A DNA stretch of 64,000 bases from Gnetum montanum (lineage: Eukaryota > Plantae > Gnetophyta): the NCBI GenBank assembly GCA_015680685.1, contig MNCI01002706.1, positions 304,712 to 368,711 of the forward strand, read 5' to 3'. The number at the start of each line of letters is the position of its first letter. Within the stretch, counting starts at the first letter, position 1. The notes under the pieces are model-generated. The model saw only the letters and a list, made by a program, of their open reading frames with translations, did not search any database and was not told where the DNA came from. The translations under genes and the position numbers were made by a program. Positions 1 through 12,544 of the stretch are shown here, in pieces.

Positions 1-72
1 GTTTATGCTTTTATGCATCTAAACTAGAGTAAGGTATGCAATGATAATTTATCGTCGTATCCGAACGCATGG

Positions 73-125
73 CAGTTTAAGGCCTTACCGGGCCGGTTGC
101 GGCAATTTAAGGCCTTACCGGGCCG
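73..125 (+). repeat. Short tandem repeat gca(g/a)tttaaggccttaccgggccg x2
   Basis: Two near-identical units; shares the AGTTTAAGGCC core with the array at 5566-5830. Confidence 0.8.
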
Positions 126-427
126 ACGATTGTTCGTTCATGATGTCTGGTTGATCGTACAATTTGTAATCGTTATTGAGTGTGAAACTGCCAGATAAGG
201 AGTTTGCACTAAAATGTTTAGTGTGGGCAACAGGAGTTTCTTCGCAAGAGAATATTGCATGTGGGTAGTGTTCATCCCAGTATATCATTGTTTTTGCTTT
301 TGTTTTGTTCATTATCCTTGCTTCTACATTGTTCTTATGTATTTACACATTCTTTGTATTTTGGGTTAATTTTTAAATTAATTGAATAAATTATTTCAAG
401 GTGCCCTCGGCGTGTTTAATGTAGAGT

Positions 428-440
428 GTATAAATAGGGG
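428..440 (+). promoter_or_regulatory. Candidate TATA box (GTATAAATAGGGG) for the antisense accessory gene
   Basis: Canonical plant TATA upstream of the plus-strand exons, at an AT-rich to GC-richer transition. Confidence 0.45.
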
Positions 441-639
441 TTGGTGTGAATCGTAAGATAGCCATGACCAAGTTCGAGCATGAGCGTAAATGTCCCAGTG
501 TGAACCCCCAAAAGCTCAAGCATGAACCTATTTTTGTAGCATCAATGTGAAGGTGAAGATCTGGCTGTAGGGGGAGGTAGGAAAGGGTTGGGTGCATTGG
601 AGGTGGCTTCAAGGCACGGTGAGTCGGATGAGAGCATCC

Positions 640-815
640 AACGTGCAGCTTCAAACCCCAGCGTGCAAGATTCAACGTAAACGCAGCGTGCAGCGATGAA
701 ACCCCAGCGTGCAAGGTTCAGCGTAAATGCAGCATGCAGGGATGAAACCCCTATGTGCAGGGTTAGGTGTAAACGCAGTGTGCAGGGACGAAACCGCAGC
801 ATGCAGGGTTCGACG
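640..815 (+). repeat. Degenerate tandem array of GCGTGCAG/GCATGCAG-containing units
   Basis: Alternating gcagcgtgcag.gatgaaaccc and gcgtgcaaggttca.cgtaaa units. The same core recurs at about 1110-1200, 10180-10470 and 11330-11660. Confidence 0.75.
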
Positions 816-1288
816 TAAACACAATGATGAGCAAGGGCAAGAAAGTAGAAGGGAAAGGGAGGAAGGAGCCTAGCTTGACCTTAGCCAAAGAGAGTAAAGC
901 AATGCTCCAGTATCTACCTAGACCCAAGATTCTCTCATGGTCAAGATCAACGTGCAAGTAGGCTCTGACCTTTCATCGAAATTTATGTTTTCACCCACTG
1001 TTCCTGTCTATTTTTCCACTGCATAGCATGAATGTTTCCATAGTATAAGGTTTCTGTAGCTTGAAGGATAGGGTCAAAATACTTAGTGTGTTGGGTTAGT
1101 ATGGTCACGTTCTAGCATGTAGCATGCAAGGTTTTTTTTCCAGAGTGCAGGGTCTGCATGCTGAGTTTTCCAGCATGCAGCGCCTGCATGTTGAGCGTGA
1201 TGTTGGGAATTTTTCTAAGTGTTGGCCCCCTAGTTGTAGAACCTTATGTTTACGTGATTTATTAACCCTAGTTCTTGAATACATGTAG

Positions 1289-4200
1289 GGATCCCAAACC
1301 TTTCCTCTTGGTGGTTGAGCTTGTTGGAGTTCTAACATGGTTTGGTCCAATTGATTCTGACGAGCTAGTTCCTGATATGACCATTGATCGCAATGGGGTA
1401 TGGTTTAGAGAAGGTGCTTGTGAATTCCTTGTCTTTATCTTAGAAAAATTCAACGTGGGAATATGGTCGCATCTAAGTGAACAATTAGCGTTGAGCATGC
1501 TTGAGACTATGTTACCAGGATCTTCGAATGGCATTGTGGCTTTCATGGTGGACATCGACGAGGGACCACTTACGCTTGAGGATGGTCCCTCTGGAGGGCC
1601 CAAATCTACCCATCCATTATCATGCGTGTGGGACCTATTGTCACATGGCTCTCACCATATCAATAAAACCCTATTCCTAGCTGCTCATGCGCATACTTTA
1701 TTCTAGAACCCTCCTGGAACGGTGTACCGAGTAGGAAGGTAAGGTTGTTCAATTTACCGTTTTTACCTTGCTGCTTCGTAGTGGTTTATATTTTGATCAC
1801 CGTCTCTTTGCAGGCCTCAATTCGACAAAGAAGGAGTGTGCGTAGGCGATGATGGACTCACTTTGGCTCGTACCACCTTAGAGGCTTTCATGGCGAGCCC
1901 CACTCTTCGTGGTGCCATATTGGCCCAAACTAAGGATGACATTGTTCATTTTCACAAACGGTACTCGAGGGCACTTGCACAATGCAAGGCTAGGGGGTGG
2001 CTGCATGGGGATTGGTCTCATAATGGGCCATTGTTTCCACGCAATGCTGATTTGGCTCTTAGCGATCTGAATCCATCAACTGACGGTAAGTAAGGGTATT
2101 TTTGATACCTCAGTTTGCTTATTCTGCTACATCATTGGTTATGTTAACTCCCTGGGGTTATCTGGTACGTACAATGGACGTCCCCCCTGGTGGAGCCACT
2201 ATCACAACTGAGCAGACTGAGAGCACTTTGTCTATGAAATTTAGGAAAATCAGTGATGCACAGCAATGGTTACATACTAAGGCACCACCACATATCATCA
2301 GTTGTTTGAGTGATGCAGGCCTCATGGATTTGTTTACTGCTCTGAGCCCTGATGTTTCTGTGATAGAGATGATTGGAATCGTTGATTCTTTTGACCAGTC
2401 TATCACCTACTATAGCACTCGCATCAAGGGTGTCAAAGTGGTTTTCCATCTATTGAAGGAGTTCTTTTCAGACTTCTTTGGTGTACCAGCAGTTGGGACT
2501 AAAGTGATTTTGGATAGAGCGTATAAGGAGATCCATGTGGTTCGTGAATTGGAGGACTAGTTGGGTGTTCTTAAAGGCTCTAACGGATTTCCTATGCAGG
2601 GGAAATTGAAAGTGGTAGAATTTAATGAGTTGTATCCCTTATTCAAAGCACGGTTGTTTCCCAAGTCTCTGTCTCAAGTAAGAACTTTTGGGGTAGAACC
2701 TGTGCATCTCATGTGCACTATTTTAGAGACTAGGGTATGTTATAACTGGGCCNCTCATGTGCACTATTTTAGAGACTAGGGTATGTTATAACTGGGCCTA
2801 GTTTTTGCTTTCGAGTTTCCACGGGGAGATAGTGAGGTTATGTTCAAATATTCAAGCGCAATCCCATTTCACCTTTGCATTCTTTGCCGATTACTTACAC
2901 CAACTAGCTAAATTTTTAGTTGTTCGCGCGGATAACAAGTGCGTGTTAAGGGATCACCACCAACTATCTCGCCTGTGGATTTGCCACTTATTTGAGGTGG
3001 CCAAATCTCAAGATGCTCTCGAGGGGATTGATGAATCGGTTTCTATCACAACGGAGGGGTCATCTGGTCATTCAATTCATACGCGTGACAGCGTAGGGTT
3101 GGAACCAAATAATATGCCCTATTCTGCTAGGGAGCTGATTGGGTGATCCAGGAAATGATCGGGAAAGCAAAATCGAAAGTTCAGAAGCGTGAACATCCTA
3201 GAGAGGTTGCTCTAATTGCAGATGAACCAAGGGTGAAACATATATGGTTTAAGATTCCTGTACGAGGTAAGATTGATTCACTAATTTGTCCTTGTTTTAT
3301 CGTCATCATTGTTATTTTTACTTTATTTTTTGGTTGTTTATACAAAATCAATGTTGAACCTATGAATGCCATTAGAGTTGACTTCTGAAGTAAGAAAAGA
3401 GAGATTAGCATCGATCATCGAGGAGGAAGAGGTCTCAATGAACTTAAATGAGGAGGATGACATGGGCAGGGATGAGACAGGAGGAATGAAAGAACGAGAG
3501 GGAGATACCACAAAAGAGGGTAACATCGATGATCAAGATGGAGTCGATGAGATGTTTGATGGTTTCTTCGAAGGGAGGCTAGACCTTGGCGATCCTCTGA
3601 ATCGGGAGGAAGACAGAGATTTTGGTATATTCGTCATATTATGTTTATTTTCCTTTTGAATTATACTTCTCATTATTTGAAGTTTTAATTTTATGTTTTT
3701 TTTTGTTTCCAGGCAAAAATCTTGAGACTATGATGGTTCCTAACATTCATTTAGAAGTCCCTATGATGAAGGCTCCCACAAAAACGACCACGGATGTTAA
3801 CCCGTCTCCTACGCATGAACCGTTTACTTGGATCAAAATGCCAAGTAAAATGGATTTTATAACTGGTGTCGTTGATGAGGTAGTTGATCACATCCAACAA
3901 GCTCATCCTAAAATAGGTACATATATTTTAAGTGTTTCGAAACCTTCGATTTTTTTGCATTTGTTTCCACTGTCCGATGTCTAATGCATGTTTGTCTCAC
4001 GTGTATAGGGACCAAGCTGAAGTGGGATCCATCTAAGGCCACATGTATTGATAGTTTGCCTGCACTACCACCAGAGATTGAGCAAGTACCCCGATAGATC
4101 TATGATGAAGTGGCAGAATGCATTGTGCAGAACACCAAGTCTCTTTGGACCTGTAGACGCTCCGTCGAGAGGCTATGGTTGCAAATTCAGGCGAGAGAAA

Positions 4201-4988
4201 AAGAGGTTTCCAAGCTATCAATAGAACAGGATGATCTCAAATCGCGCTATGAGTTCCCCTCGGCAAGGTTAACAAGTGATTGTTCTTGGAAAACTTCCAA
4301 AATTACTTATAACAGATATTGGAATTTATTGAATCACCAAGTATCATTGACTTGGGAGCTAGCAGAGCATAAGGCACAAATAGATTTACTGAACCTCAAA
4401 TGTCAGGATTGGAAGGTTTTTGCTTCTAAGGTGTAGAAATGGGGTCAAGATGAAAAGACCCATAAGTATCATTATAAAAAATCATTAAAGGAGGTATATA
4501 TAGAGAAGCGTCAACTGGAGATGTTTGTTGAAGGTTTAGGCCTGCGCTCTTCATTTGATGCATTTGCTAAGCATACTGTGGTGGAGATGGAATCACCCAA
4601 GAGGGTAATCACCATAGCTTCTAGGGATGTCTCTATGGGCAAGTTTCCTTTGAAACGTCCCACTTGGTCCACAGTGGACAAAGGGAAGGCTTTGGCTAAT
4701 GTTGATCTAGGCCTTGATGGGATTGACTGGGCAAGCGTCTCTGAGGAAGAAATCCTTCGTCGGTTGGAATTCGGTCTAGGAGGATCTTCTTCAGTAAGTC
4801 GTTTAAACTTGTGAATTTTTCTTTTGGAATTCTTCTCTTTTCCTTTTATGTTAATGTGTTAATTGTTTTCTTTTATCTTTTCATAGGGTCAGGGCGACGA
4901 CGATGGTCAAGAAGGTGGCCCCAGCGGAGCAGGGACCCATGGTGCCGAGGAGTTTGAGGGGTTCACCCCTCCTAATCCTGATGCTTAG
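1289..4988 (+). pseudogene. Multi-exon antisense accessory gene of the Ogre-like element: degenerate FCP1/NIF HAD-like domain + Transposase_32/PMD-like domain + acidic linker + coiled coil
   Basis: Frame-preserving GT-AG introns at 1739-1813, 3625-3712, 3917-4008 and 4794-4886. Donors at 2086 and 3267 pair with CAG>CAA-decayed acceptors (about 2173 and 3345). Possible upstream exon 824-957, phase-compatible with acceptor 1288. Stop at 4986-4988. Several internal TAG/TGA stops. Confidence 0.75.
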
Positions 4989-5565
4989 TTTTCAATTTAG
5001 TATCATCATCGCTCATGTTTTTACATGAGTTGCAAATAGAATATTTTGGTTTGGATTGTATATGAACTGATGGATGGAATCGGTTAACCGCTGTAATTGT
5101 CTATTTGTATATGAATATATTATTTATTTGTTGCGAAAATGATAATGTATGCGATCTATGTATCGTGTGGGGACATTGCACTAAGTTGTAATTTGATGTT
5201 AATACAATTATACTTTTTTTTTCAATTGAGTTTTCTGTTATTGCTTTTTTTTATNATTATACTTTTTTTTTCAATTGAGTTTTCTGTTATTGCTTTTTTT
5301 TATTTGAATTTTAAGTTTATTTGAACACTACCAGGCATAAATTTAAGGTGAAAATCTTTCGGGCTTGAATGTAAACACGATGCAGCAATGTAAAATGTTT
5401 TTGTCCATTTTGTTGTTTAAGTGTGATGCATAAAGTAGGAACAGAAGTAGGAGCATAATTATGTAAAAAAAGGATAATATGAAGGAAAACTACAGCTGAC
5501 AACGTAACAACGCAACAGGGTAAGCATAACTTGAATTGAGATAAATGAAATGTAAGAAAATGTTC

Positions 5566-5830
5566 TAGTTGAAGGCCATTTTGGGACATGGGCGCATGTG
5601 TGTCAGTTTAAAGTCATGACCGTCTATAGTCTCGATGTTCTAGTTTAAAGACATTTTGGGCCCCATGTACTAGTTTAAGGCCATTTCGAGCCATATGTAA
5701 ACAAGAGAGGTTTCAAATGATACTGGTGGGTTCCTTGGTAAACTGGCCATTTCTAGTCGTGGCTAGTTTTATGTCATTGCGGACATGTGGTAGTTTAACA
5801 TCATTTCGGACAAGGCATGTAGTTTAGTGG
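5566..5830 (+). repeat. Degenerate tandem array (tagtttaaggccatttcgg-like units) between protease and antisense gene
   Basis: About 7 diverged units: tagttgaaggccatt, cagtttaaagtcatg, tagtttaaagacatt, tagtttaaggccatt, tagtttaacatcatt and others. Confidence 0.65.
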
Positions 5831-6147
5831 TTTAGCAATTTTTTGATTTTTCTTAGTTTAACGTTAGGAGTGATGTCGATAGGTGTGATTCTGTACTCAG
5901 CATCCCCTTCGCTGATCACGTTGAACGGTAATTCAGCCCAAGGGACTTCTGATGGAACGGCCTCTATGTTGGCATCTTCTAGTGTTTCCGTGTGTCCAGC
6001 AGTTTCGATGTTTGTTGTAGTTTCGAGGTTATTCGGTGTATGTACAGTTTCAAGTCTAGATGTTTCTATGTTGGGTAGAGTTTCATTTACGTCTAATGGA
6101 TCATTGTTTACTGGTTGCGTGCAACTTTTTTTTTCATTTATGTCATC

Positions 6148-6605
6148 CTATTTAGGCTCTTCAAACTTAACCACCGAACCTTGGTCTACACCTATATGTG
6201 ACGAGATGGTAGACGTAGCAGCATCTCCATGTATAATGATTTCACCACCTTCGTTAAGTAGGTGAATCTCTTGGTGTATGGGGGAAGAGACTACTTTGAG
6301 TTGGGCCAACCAGGGTCTTCCTAATATTAAATTGAACCTTGGCATTTCGTCGATGACAACAAAGTTAGCAGATGTGGGGAATCGATCCCCTACTATAAAG
6401 TCTAAGGCTATGGTGCCTTTTACTACTACGCGTGATCCACTAAATGATTTTAAACATGTGGTGGAGGTTAGTTTAATTAATTCTATGAGCCCTAATTGTT
6501 CGATGATGGGGTAGGGTATTACGTTTGTGGTGGCTCCATCATCTACAGGCACCCGATGTATTTTGAATTGATTTACTTATATCGTTATGAACATAGGTGC
6601 GTGGG
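6148..6605 (-). pseudogene. Retrotransposon aspartic protease (Ogre/Tat-like)
   Basis: HAPMFITI*VNQFKIHRVPVDDGATTNVIP...FVVIDEMPRFNLILGRPWLAQLKVVSSPIHQ; followed by a low-complexity tail, not RT. Confidence 0.85.
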
Positions 6606-6649
6606 TGACATCTCCATTTTGCTCGTCAATCTTAATGTTTTCGAGGTGA

Positions 6650-9600
6650 AAGCTTAACTATTTGGGTTTGAATCCTTGTCGTTTAGACATTACCGCATGT
6701 ATGGAAGGCTCATCTGTAGGTAAGTTTTCACTTACTGGGATTGATGTTAACATGTGTACTAGGGCTTTGCGATGAGTTTGAGAAGAAGTTAACATCAAGT
6801 CATATAGGCTTAGTGAAGTATTTTTTTGTTTAAGTGCCTGCGTGACCTATGTTAGGGCTATTGGTAAATATTTACTGTTAGGTGTATGTTTGTTAATGGT
6901 TACTTGGTCCATTGGGCCCAGCAGTTTTATCTCATTTGTAGCTGGTTTGACATTTTCTTCTATGACTGTTGATTTAGATGCATCATGTATTCCCAATGAT
7001 TCTCCCTTATAGCTCGTATTCAGTTCATTAGGAGGCGATGCCATGGGTACTGCGCTTAATGGAGTAGGCTTGGGGGGTCCTAAGGCAAGCTGTTGACATT
7101 CTTTCTCCAATCGTTCCCATGTGAGCCTATCTGCTAGGCGTTCCCACATGTGGCATGGGGGAACATTTGGTTTCTAAATATCTGGTTGCTTTGGAACCCG
7201 TATGACGTATGGACAAGGTTGTGATTGGACGGTCAAAGGTGGTTGAGTGTCAGGCTACCTAGGCACCCTAACGACATATGGGGTCTGTTTATTTTGTGTT
7301 TGCGGGGTGGAAGGTTGGTGGTTATCAGGGTTTTTGGGTATCCTGACAACATATGGAGTCGGTCTAGTTGGGGGTTGTACCTCCGTAGTTGCGACTGCAA
7401 GTGGCACCCGAACTACATAGGGAGTGGGCCGAGTAGGAGGTTGTGTGTTTACAGTAGTAGCGGTGAGAGGTACATGCACCACGTATGGTTCTGGTGGTAT
7501 GGTAGAGGCTGCCACTGTGGGGGGTATCTGGATGTCATAGGGTCTTTGCAGGGTAGGTGGGTTACATGGAGAGTATGATGGTTGAGGCACGGGTGTTTGT
7601 GTAGTAGGAGGAATACGAACTACAAATGGTCTTTTAGGTTTTTGCTGCTCATTATCTAAATAAAGGGTGTTAATCTGAGGTGCTTCTTGTTCGTTGTCTA
7701 AGTGGATAGTGTTAATTACGTATGGAGCTTCCTTGGTATTTAGAGGATCCTTATATATGCCCATGGCCTGGTTTTGTGGTTTGACTGGGTTGGCCTCATC
7801 AAAAGTGATCTCACCTCCGTCGATCATCCGTTCAATATCTTGTTTTAGAGTGAAACAATAATCAGTGTCATGCCCATTGCGTTGATGATAATCACAAAAG
7901 CGGTCTATTCTAAAGCCCCTTGGAACTGGAGGCTCATCTGGCGTTGCCAAGCTTGGGTTCTCGACCAACTGACAGAATCGATCATGTCTTTGGATTGCTG
8001 CTGGGAACAATTGTTTATGTTTCATTAGCCCGACCTTCAATAGTTAGTCAAATAATTATAAGGGTTTCATGGGCAACGGCGTGTATTGAGAAGGGTCTCT
8101 CTTCTCAAAGTTTCTCGCATGACCTGGCGTAGGATTTTGTGATGTGGACCGTTCGGGTGCAGTAGCAAGAGCAGGTCTAGCATAGTTAGTAGGGGCAGTA
8201 GGTGGTTTGCCTTATTGTCCCGTACTCGTTTGTTGTGTTTATGCTACTGCTGCTATAGTTTCCTTAGCCTTTTCTTTGTCTTTCTTATTATGTTGGTTTT
8301 TAAAGGCTGAATAGGTAGGGTCATGGCTATTTTGGGCTACCTCTTCTATGTTCTTTATTTGCACAAATGCTTGGTTAAGAGTGCGTGCGTTGAGATAGTA
8401 TAATTTGGACTTCACAAAATCATTAACAGCCCCCTTTAGAATAGTGAGGAGATAAGTCTCCGGGATTGGCTCATGGAGCTTATTGAGGGCAACACTCCAC
8501 CGTTGAATAAATTTTTGAACAGGTTCAAGCGATGCTTGCTTGACCTGTATGAGGCTGTCAAGTGTTGCTTCAGGTTTCAAGTTATACTTGAACCTGGTAA
8601 CGAACTGGTGTAATAAATCTTCCAAAGAGAATATGGAATTTTGGGGCAATGCCTGATACCAGTCAAGTGCTCTCCCTGTGAGGGACATGGGGAACACTTG
8701 CAAAATGGCATGCGGCCATGCCTAAAGCAACACGCACTCTAGTCTAAACGTTATAAGATGGGCATTGGGGTTTGTCTCCCCATTGTATTTAGTTAACATG
8801 GGTAAGGAAAAACCCTTAGGTAATGTTAGAGGTGGAACCGAAGAGCTGATAGGGTCATCTTGATAGAAATCACTATCTTAAGCTCTTTGTCGGTAGCTGT
8901 TTTGAGGCGCTTGACCTCATCAGTTAGTTCTTGCATCATTTTCTTGGCTTCAGCCCAGTCTTGGACATTAGGTGAGATGGCAGATTGATTATGTGGTGTA
9001 GTATACAAGTTAGATTGTTGCATAGTGGGAAGGAAAGAGGAAAGTTGAGTGGTTGGAGGTTGGGCTTGTGGAACATTCATGATAGGTGCTACTAAGGGTG
9101 GCATACTATAAGGGAAGGGTTGTTGTTGCTGTTGTTGTTGTACTTAAGGGACATTCACAGGTGGAATTGTACGAGGTGGTACATTGTAGTTAGGGGGTTG
9201 ATGCGCTTGTGTACCAGTCCCAGCCCACTATCCAGTCATGATTTGTGAGGGAACACCTTGGACTTGTTGAGTGGAAGTGATGAAGGGTGTTCTTTGGGTT
9301 TGGATCTGTGGTATATAGTGGATGAATGTAGAAGCAGGTATCACATATGGCATCCCGATCACTCGAGGTGGGAAGGTTGCTCCTACTTTAGCTTGAGGCG
9401 GGTGTTGTTGGGGTTGTATTTGCAAGAGAGGGGGTAACATGGTGACTGGAGGAATAGTGGCGATGGGTATGTTGAATTGGGTATCGGTCATGGGGAGTGT
9501 GGGAACAAGGGTGGAGGCTTCCTGTTGAGGCACAAGTGCTTGAGTGGTTTTAAATGAATGGAGGAACATAGTCTCCCCCGTAAAGGGTTGGGACAACGGG

Positions 9601-10154
9601 TTCACATAAGTTTGTGGGCTGAGGGTATAGTATGAATCTTCATGTTCGGATTGAGCTACAAAGTCATCCTCCTTTTCCAATTAAGGATTTGCCATAGACT
9701 GGTCTAAAGACTGATTCCTAGCTAAGAGGAGCTGTGAGATAAGTTCAGAGTAGTGCTCTGGAAGAGGGATGACATCATATGGGGAAGGGATGAACTCATG
9801 TCTTCCCCTATGAAACAGTTCATATTGCCTCTTAGCCTCCATTTTAGTTTGATCCACTATTAGGCTGGCTTGGATTTTTATGCATATAAAATTATATTGT
9901 TCCTTTCTTATAACATTAAATGACGGATTTCTCCCTTGCAGTCTAAGAGATTGGCGAGCTCCTCCCCAAGGATTAACCTCACCGTGGACCCCTAAGGGTT
10001 GCATAATGGGTATCGGCATCGTCGTGGGGCCCACGGTATCCAGAATGGACTTGGTTGAAACATTGGTATTGGCAGTATTCATGGTGAAAAGGTCGTAAAT
10101 GTAACATGGTGGAAAGGACATAGTGTCAGGGTGTACAGGTGAGGATTTGGCCAA
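6650..10154 (-). pseudogene. Disrupted gag polyprotein (P/Q-rich N-terminus, Retrotrans_gag capsid at about 8240-8830, zinc knuckle at about 7850-7900, PYVVRVP repeats)
   Basis: ORF pieces 9681-10154, 9228-9680, 8826-9104, 8239-8703, 7255-8040 and 6847-7149 are collinear, broken by stops and frameshifts. Ogre-type LSLYDL..SQTHRKAL segment at about 6760-6815. Confidence 0.85.
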
Positions 10155-12544
10155 GTATGAAATGGGTGTGCTTATCAGCGTACACCTTAGTTTGCAGCGT
10201 GCGACCTATTTGTACAGTGTATGGACTAGGTCCCAGCGTACAGGCTTTAATGTTCAATGTACAGGCTTCAACGACTAGCGTACAGAAACTAATCACAGCG
10301 TGTAAACTGAAGTCACAGCATGTAGGTTGCAACTATCAGCGTGGAGCCAAAGTGGTCAATGTGTTGTGAGTGGTGGCAGCATGTAGATAGGGTCTACGGC
10401 GTGCGGGTTGACTGGGTAGTGTGTAGAAAGGGTCTACAGCATGCGGGTAAGCTGTGGTAGCGTGCAGATGCTGAGATTGCTACAAAATAGGACATAGATT
10501 CAGAGAGTTGCAAAATCAGATTTAATGTTGGTGCAATGTAAATCTGAGAAAATCAGGCGATAGATCAGGAGGCATGTGTATGAGATTAGAGTAGATTTAA
10601 ACAGTTTTAGGCCCTCCTTCTAATCCCATTTTCTATACTATCTGAAATCGTCCATGCAAGGTTGGAATGGGGTGAGCACCGCGTGATTTACAGATGAGCA
10701 CAGAAGACCCTACCTTCACTTGAGGGCGAACTGGGATGAACGAAGGTAGAGTACCTTGGGTGGTCCGCACGCGGATCAGACAAGGATTTCCCCAACGTAT
10801 GCCAATATGCAATATGCTAGGTTATGTGTAAACAGCATGATTAATGTAAATACAAAGCATAAATTTGCATTAACTTAAACAAAAGAAATGAGCCAAAATA
10901 AATGAAAACTGTGACAAATTTGGAGTAGAAACAAAGTAACTTTATTTCCATATGAGAATTATAGTGCACCGGTCCAGACGTAGTCGTAAATTTGACACGA
11001 GGTGGACGAAAGGCCCTGGTGGATGCTGGAAGATGATGGTGTGCTAGTTCAAACTGTAAGCACAGCATGAAAGTTGTATGCTCAGTGTGCAGGGTCAAAG
11101 TCCAGCATATGGGGGTTCTTGCTCTAACTTACTTAGTGTTTTTCCAATTTCAGTTTTTTTTATCTCTTTTCTCAAAATTGCCAACCCTGATCTAGTGAAA
11201 AATTAGGGTTTTTATGAGGTTTTTTGAGCGTTGGATTCGGATCTGAAAAGGTATGAGTGGCCATGGATGAGGGAATTTCAAGTCAAGTGACAAGTGGCTG
11301 CATTGCCCAAGTGCAAAGAATATTATAACTATGCAGTGTGCTGCATGCCAACATGTGCCGCTACACGCCATCGTGTACATGCTGGGCATGTGAACTCAGC
11401 GTATAGACTTGACTAAAACAAAAGAATTCATTTTTACAAACTACTGTTACAACAGGAAGTATCCAATTCGGCCCTCGGATTTGGGCTCAGATGTTACGAG
11501 AATGCTGCCTGTGGATATTCAGCTCAATTGGACTTGATCTGACATGGTTCTGAAAAGTTCCACTGATATATGCTATGCTCCACGCTGGATGATGCACGCC
11601 AGGCATACATGTTGGGCGTACATGCTGGGCCTGCACGCTGGGCGTGTACGCTGCATACTCAGTGAAAACCAAGTATTTTTAGCTCAAAATTTGGTAGGGT
11701 TCAACGCCAAATGTTGTCGTAGTCTGTTGTGAATCCCAGGGAACTATTTCTTGCTCAGTTCGACTCCGTTTGAAGCTGTTCGTGAGGCCGTCAAGCTTTA
11801 GTCATGGTGGGAGCATCATGATTTTAGCTCGATTCTTGTTGGAGAAGTACTAAGTTCAGAATTTTGTGGTGTTTCATTAGACTTTCTAGATCTTCTCTTA
11901 TAAATCGATAAACCATATATAATGGGTGATCTTCTTGATCTTCTAGTTTTCACTCCACTACTTGTTCCCAATTCAAAAACTTTCTTTTGTTATTCTTTTG
12001 ATGAACAATTGATCTTAGAATTAAGAATATCTTTTGAAACTTTTAAATTTTTCAAACTATCAATCTTCTTGGTCATGAACTGAAAATAGTATTTAATTTC
12101 TTAAGCCTTTATAGTAACAAAGAATGGTTGATGTGCTAAAATTATAAGGCTTATGAACTTAGAGGCTAAATCTTCAGCCCTCCTTGTAGTGCCAAAAGAA
12201 CTGTTGACGATCATTTGGGACACAACTGCCAACGAGTGTCCTTGAACAGGATTTAGGTGCTTGCTGATCTCTAGCAACACCAAGGCCTAGATACCTCCAA
12301 ATAGACTCAGTAGTTAATGTGAGTATGTGTGTGTGCTATTGTGGTATGCTAGTCTGAAAAATGAAATGATTGGATTGTGTGTAAAACTATAAATGACTTA
12401 TCTTAAAGNGTCTGAAAAATGAAATGATTGGATTGTGTGTAAAACTATAAATGACTTATCTTAAAGAGATTCATCCAACTTTGTAAAGTGTTGTGAGCTG
12501 TTGAGAGTTCCTATTTTGTTCAATTGCCTAGTCTATGCGGTCCT

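Larger units (their letters stand above)
1..11800 (-). mobile_element. Ogre/Tat-like Ty3/gypsy LTR retrotransposon, non-autonomous (gag + protease, no RT/RH/INT), with antisense accessory gene; 3' end runs off the window
   Basis: Minus-strand gag (QVFPMSLTGRALDWYQALP; C-x2-H-x4-H-x4-C knuckle FCDYHQRNGHDTDYC) and aspartic protease (VDDGATTNV...FNLILGRPWL). Candidate LTR/PBS junction at about 11693-11712. Boundaries approximate. Confidence 0.75.

Noticed and set aside
2708-2798. 45-bp direct duplication around a single N
   Set aside because: An exact overlap flanking an N is a scaffolding or gap artefact; removing it restores the reading frame.
5206-5303. Duplicated T-rich segment around N at 5255
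   Set aside because: Same assembly-gap artefact.
12352-12468. Duplicated segment around N at 12409
   Set aside because: Same assembly-gap artefact.
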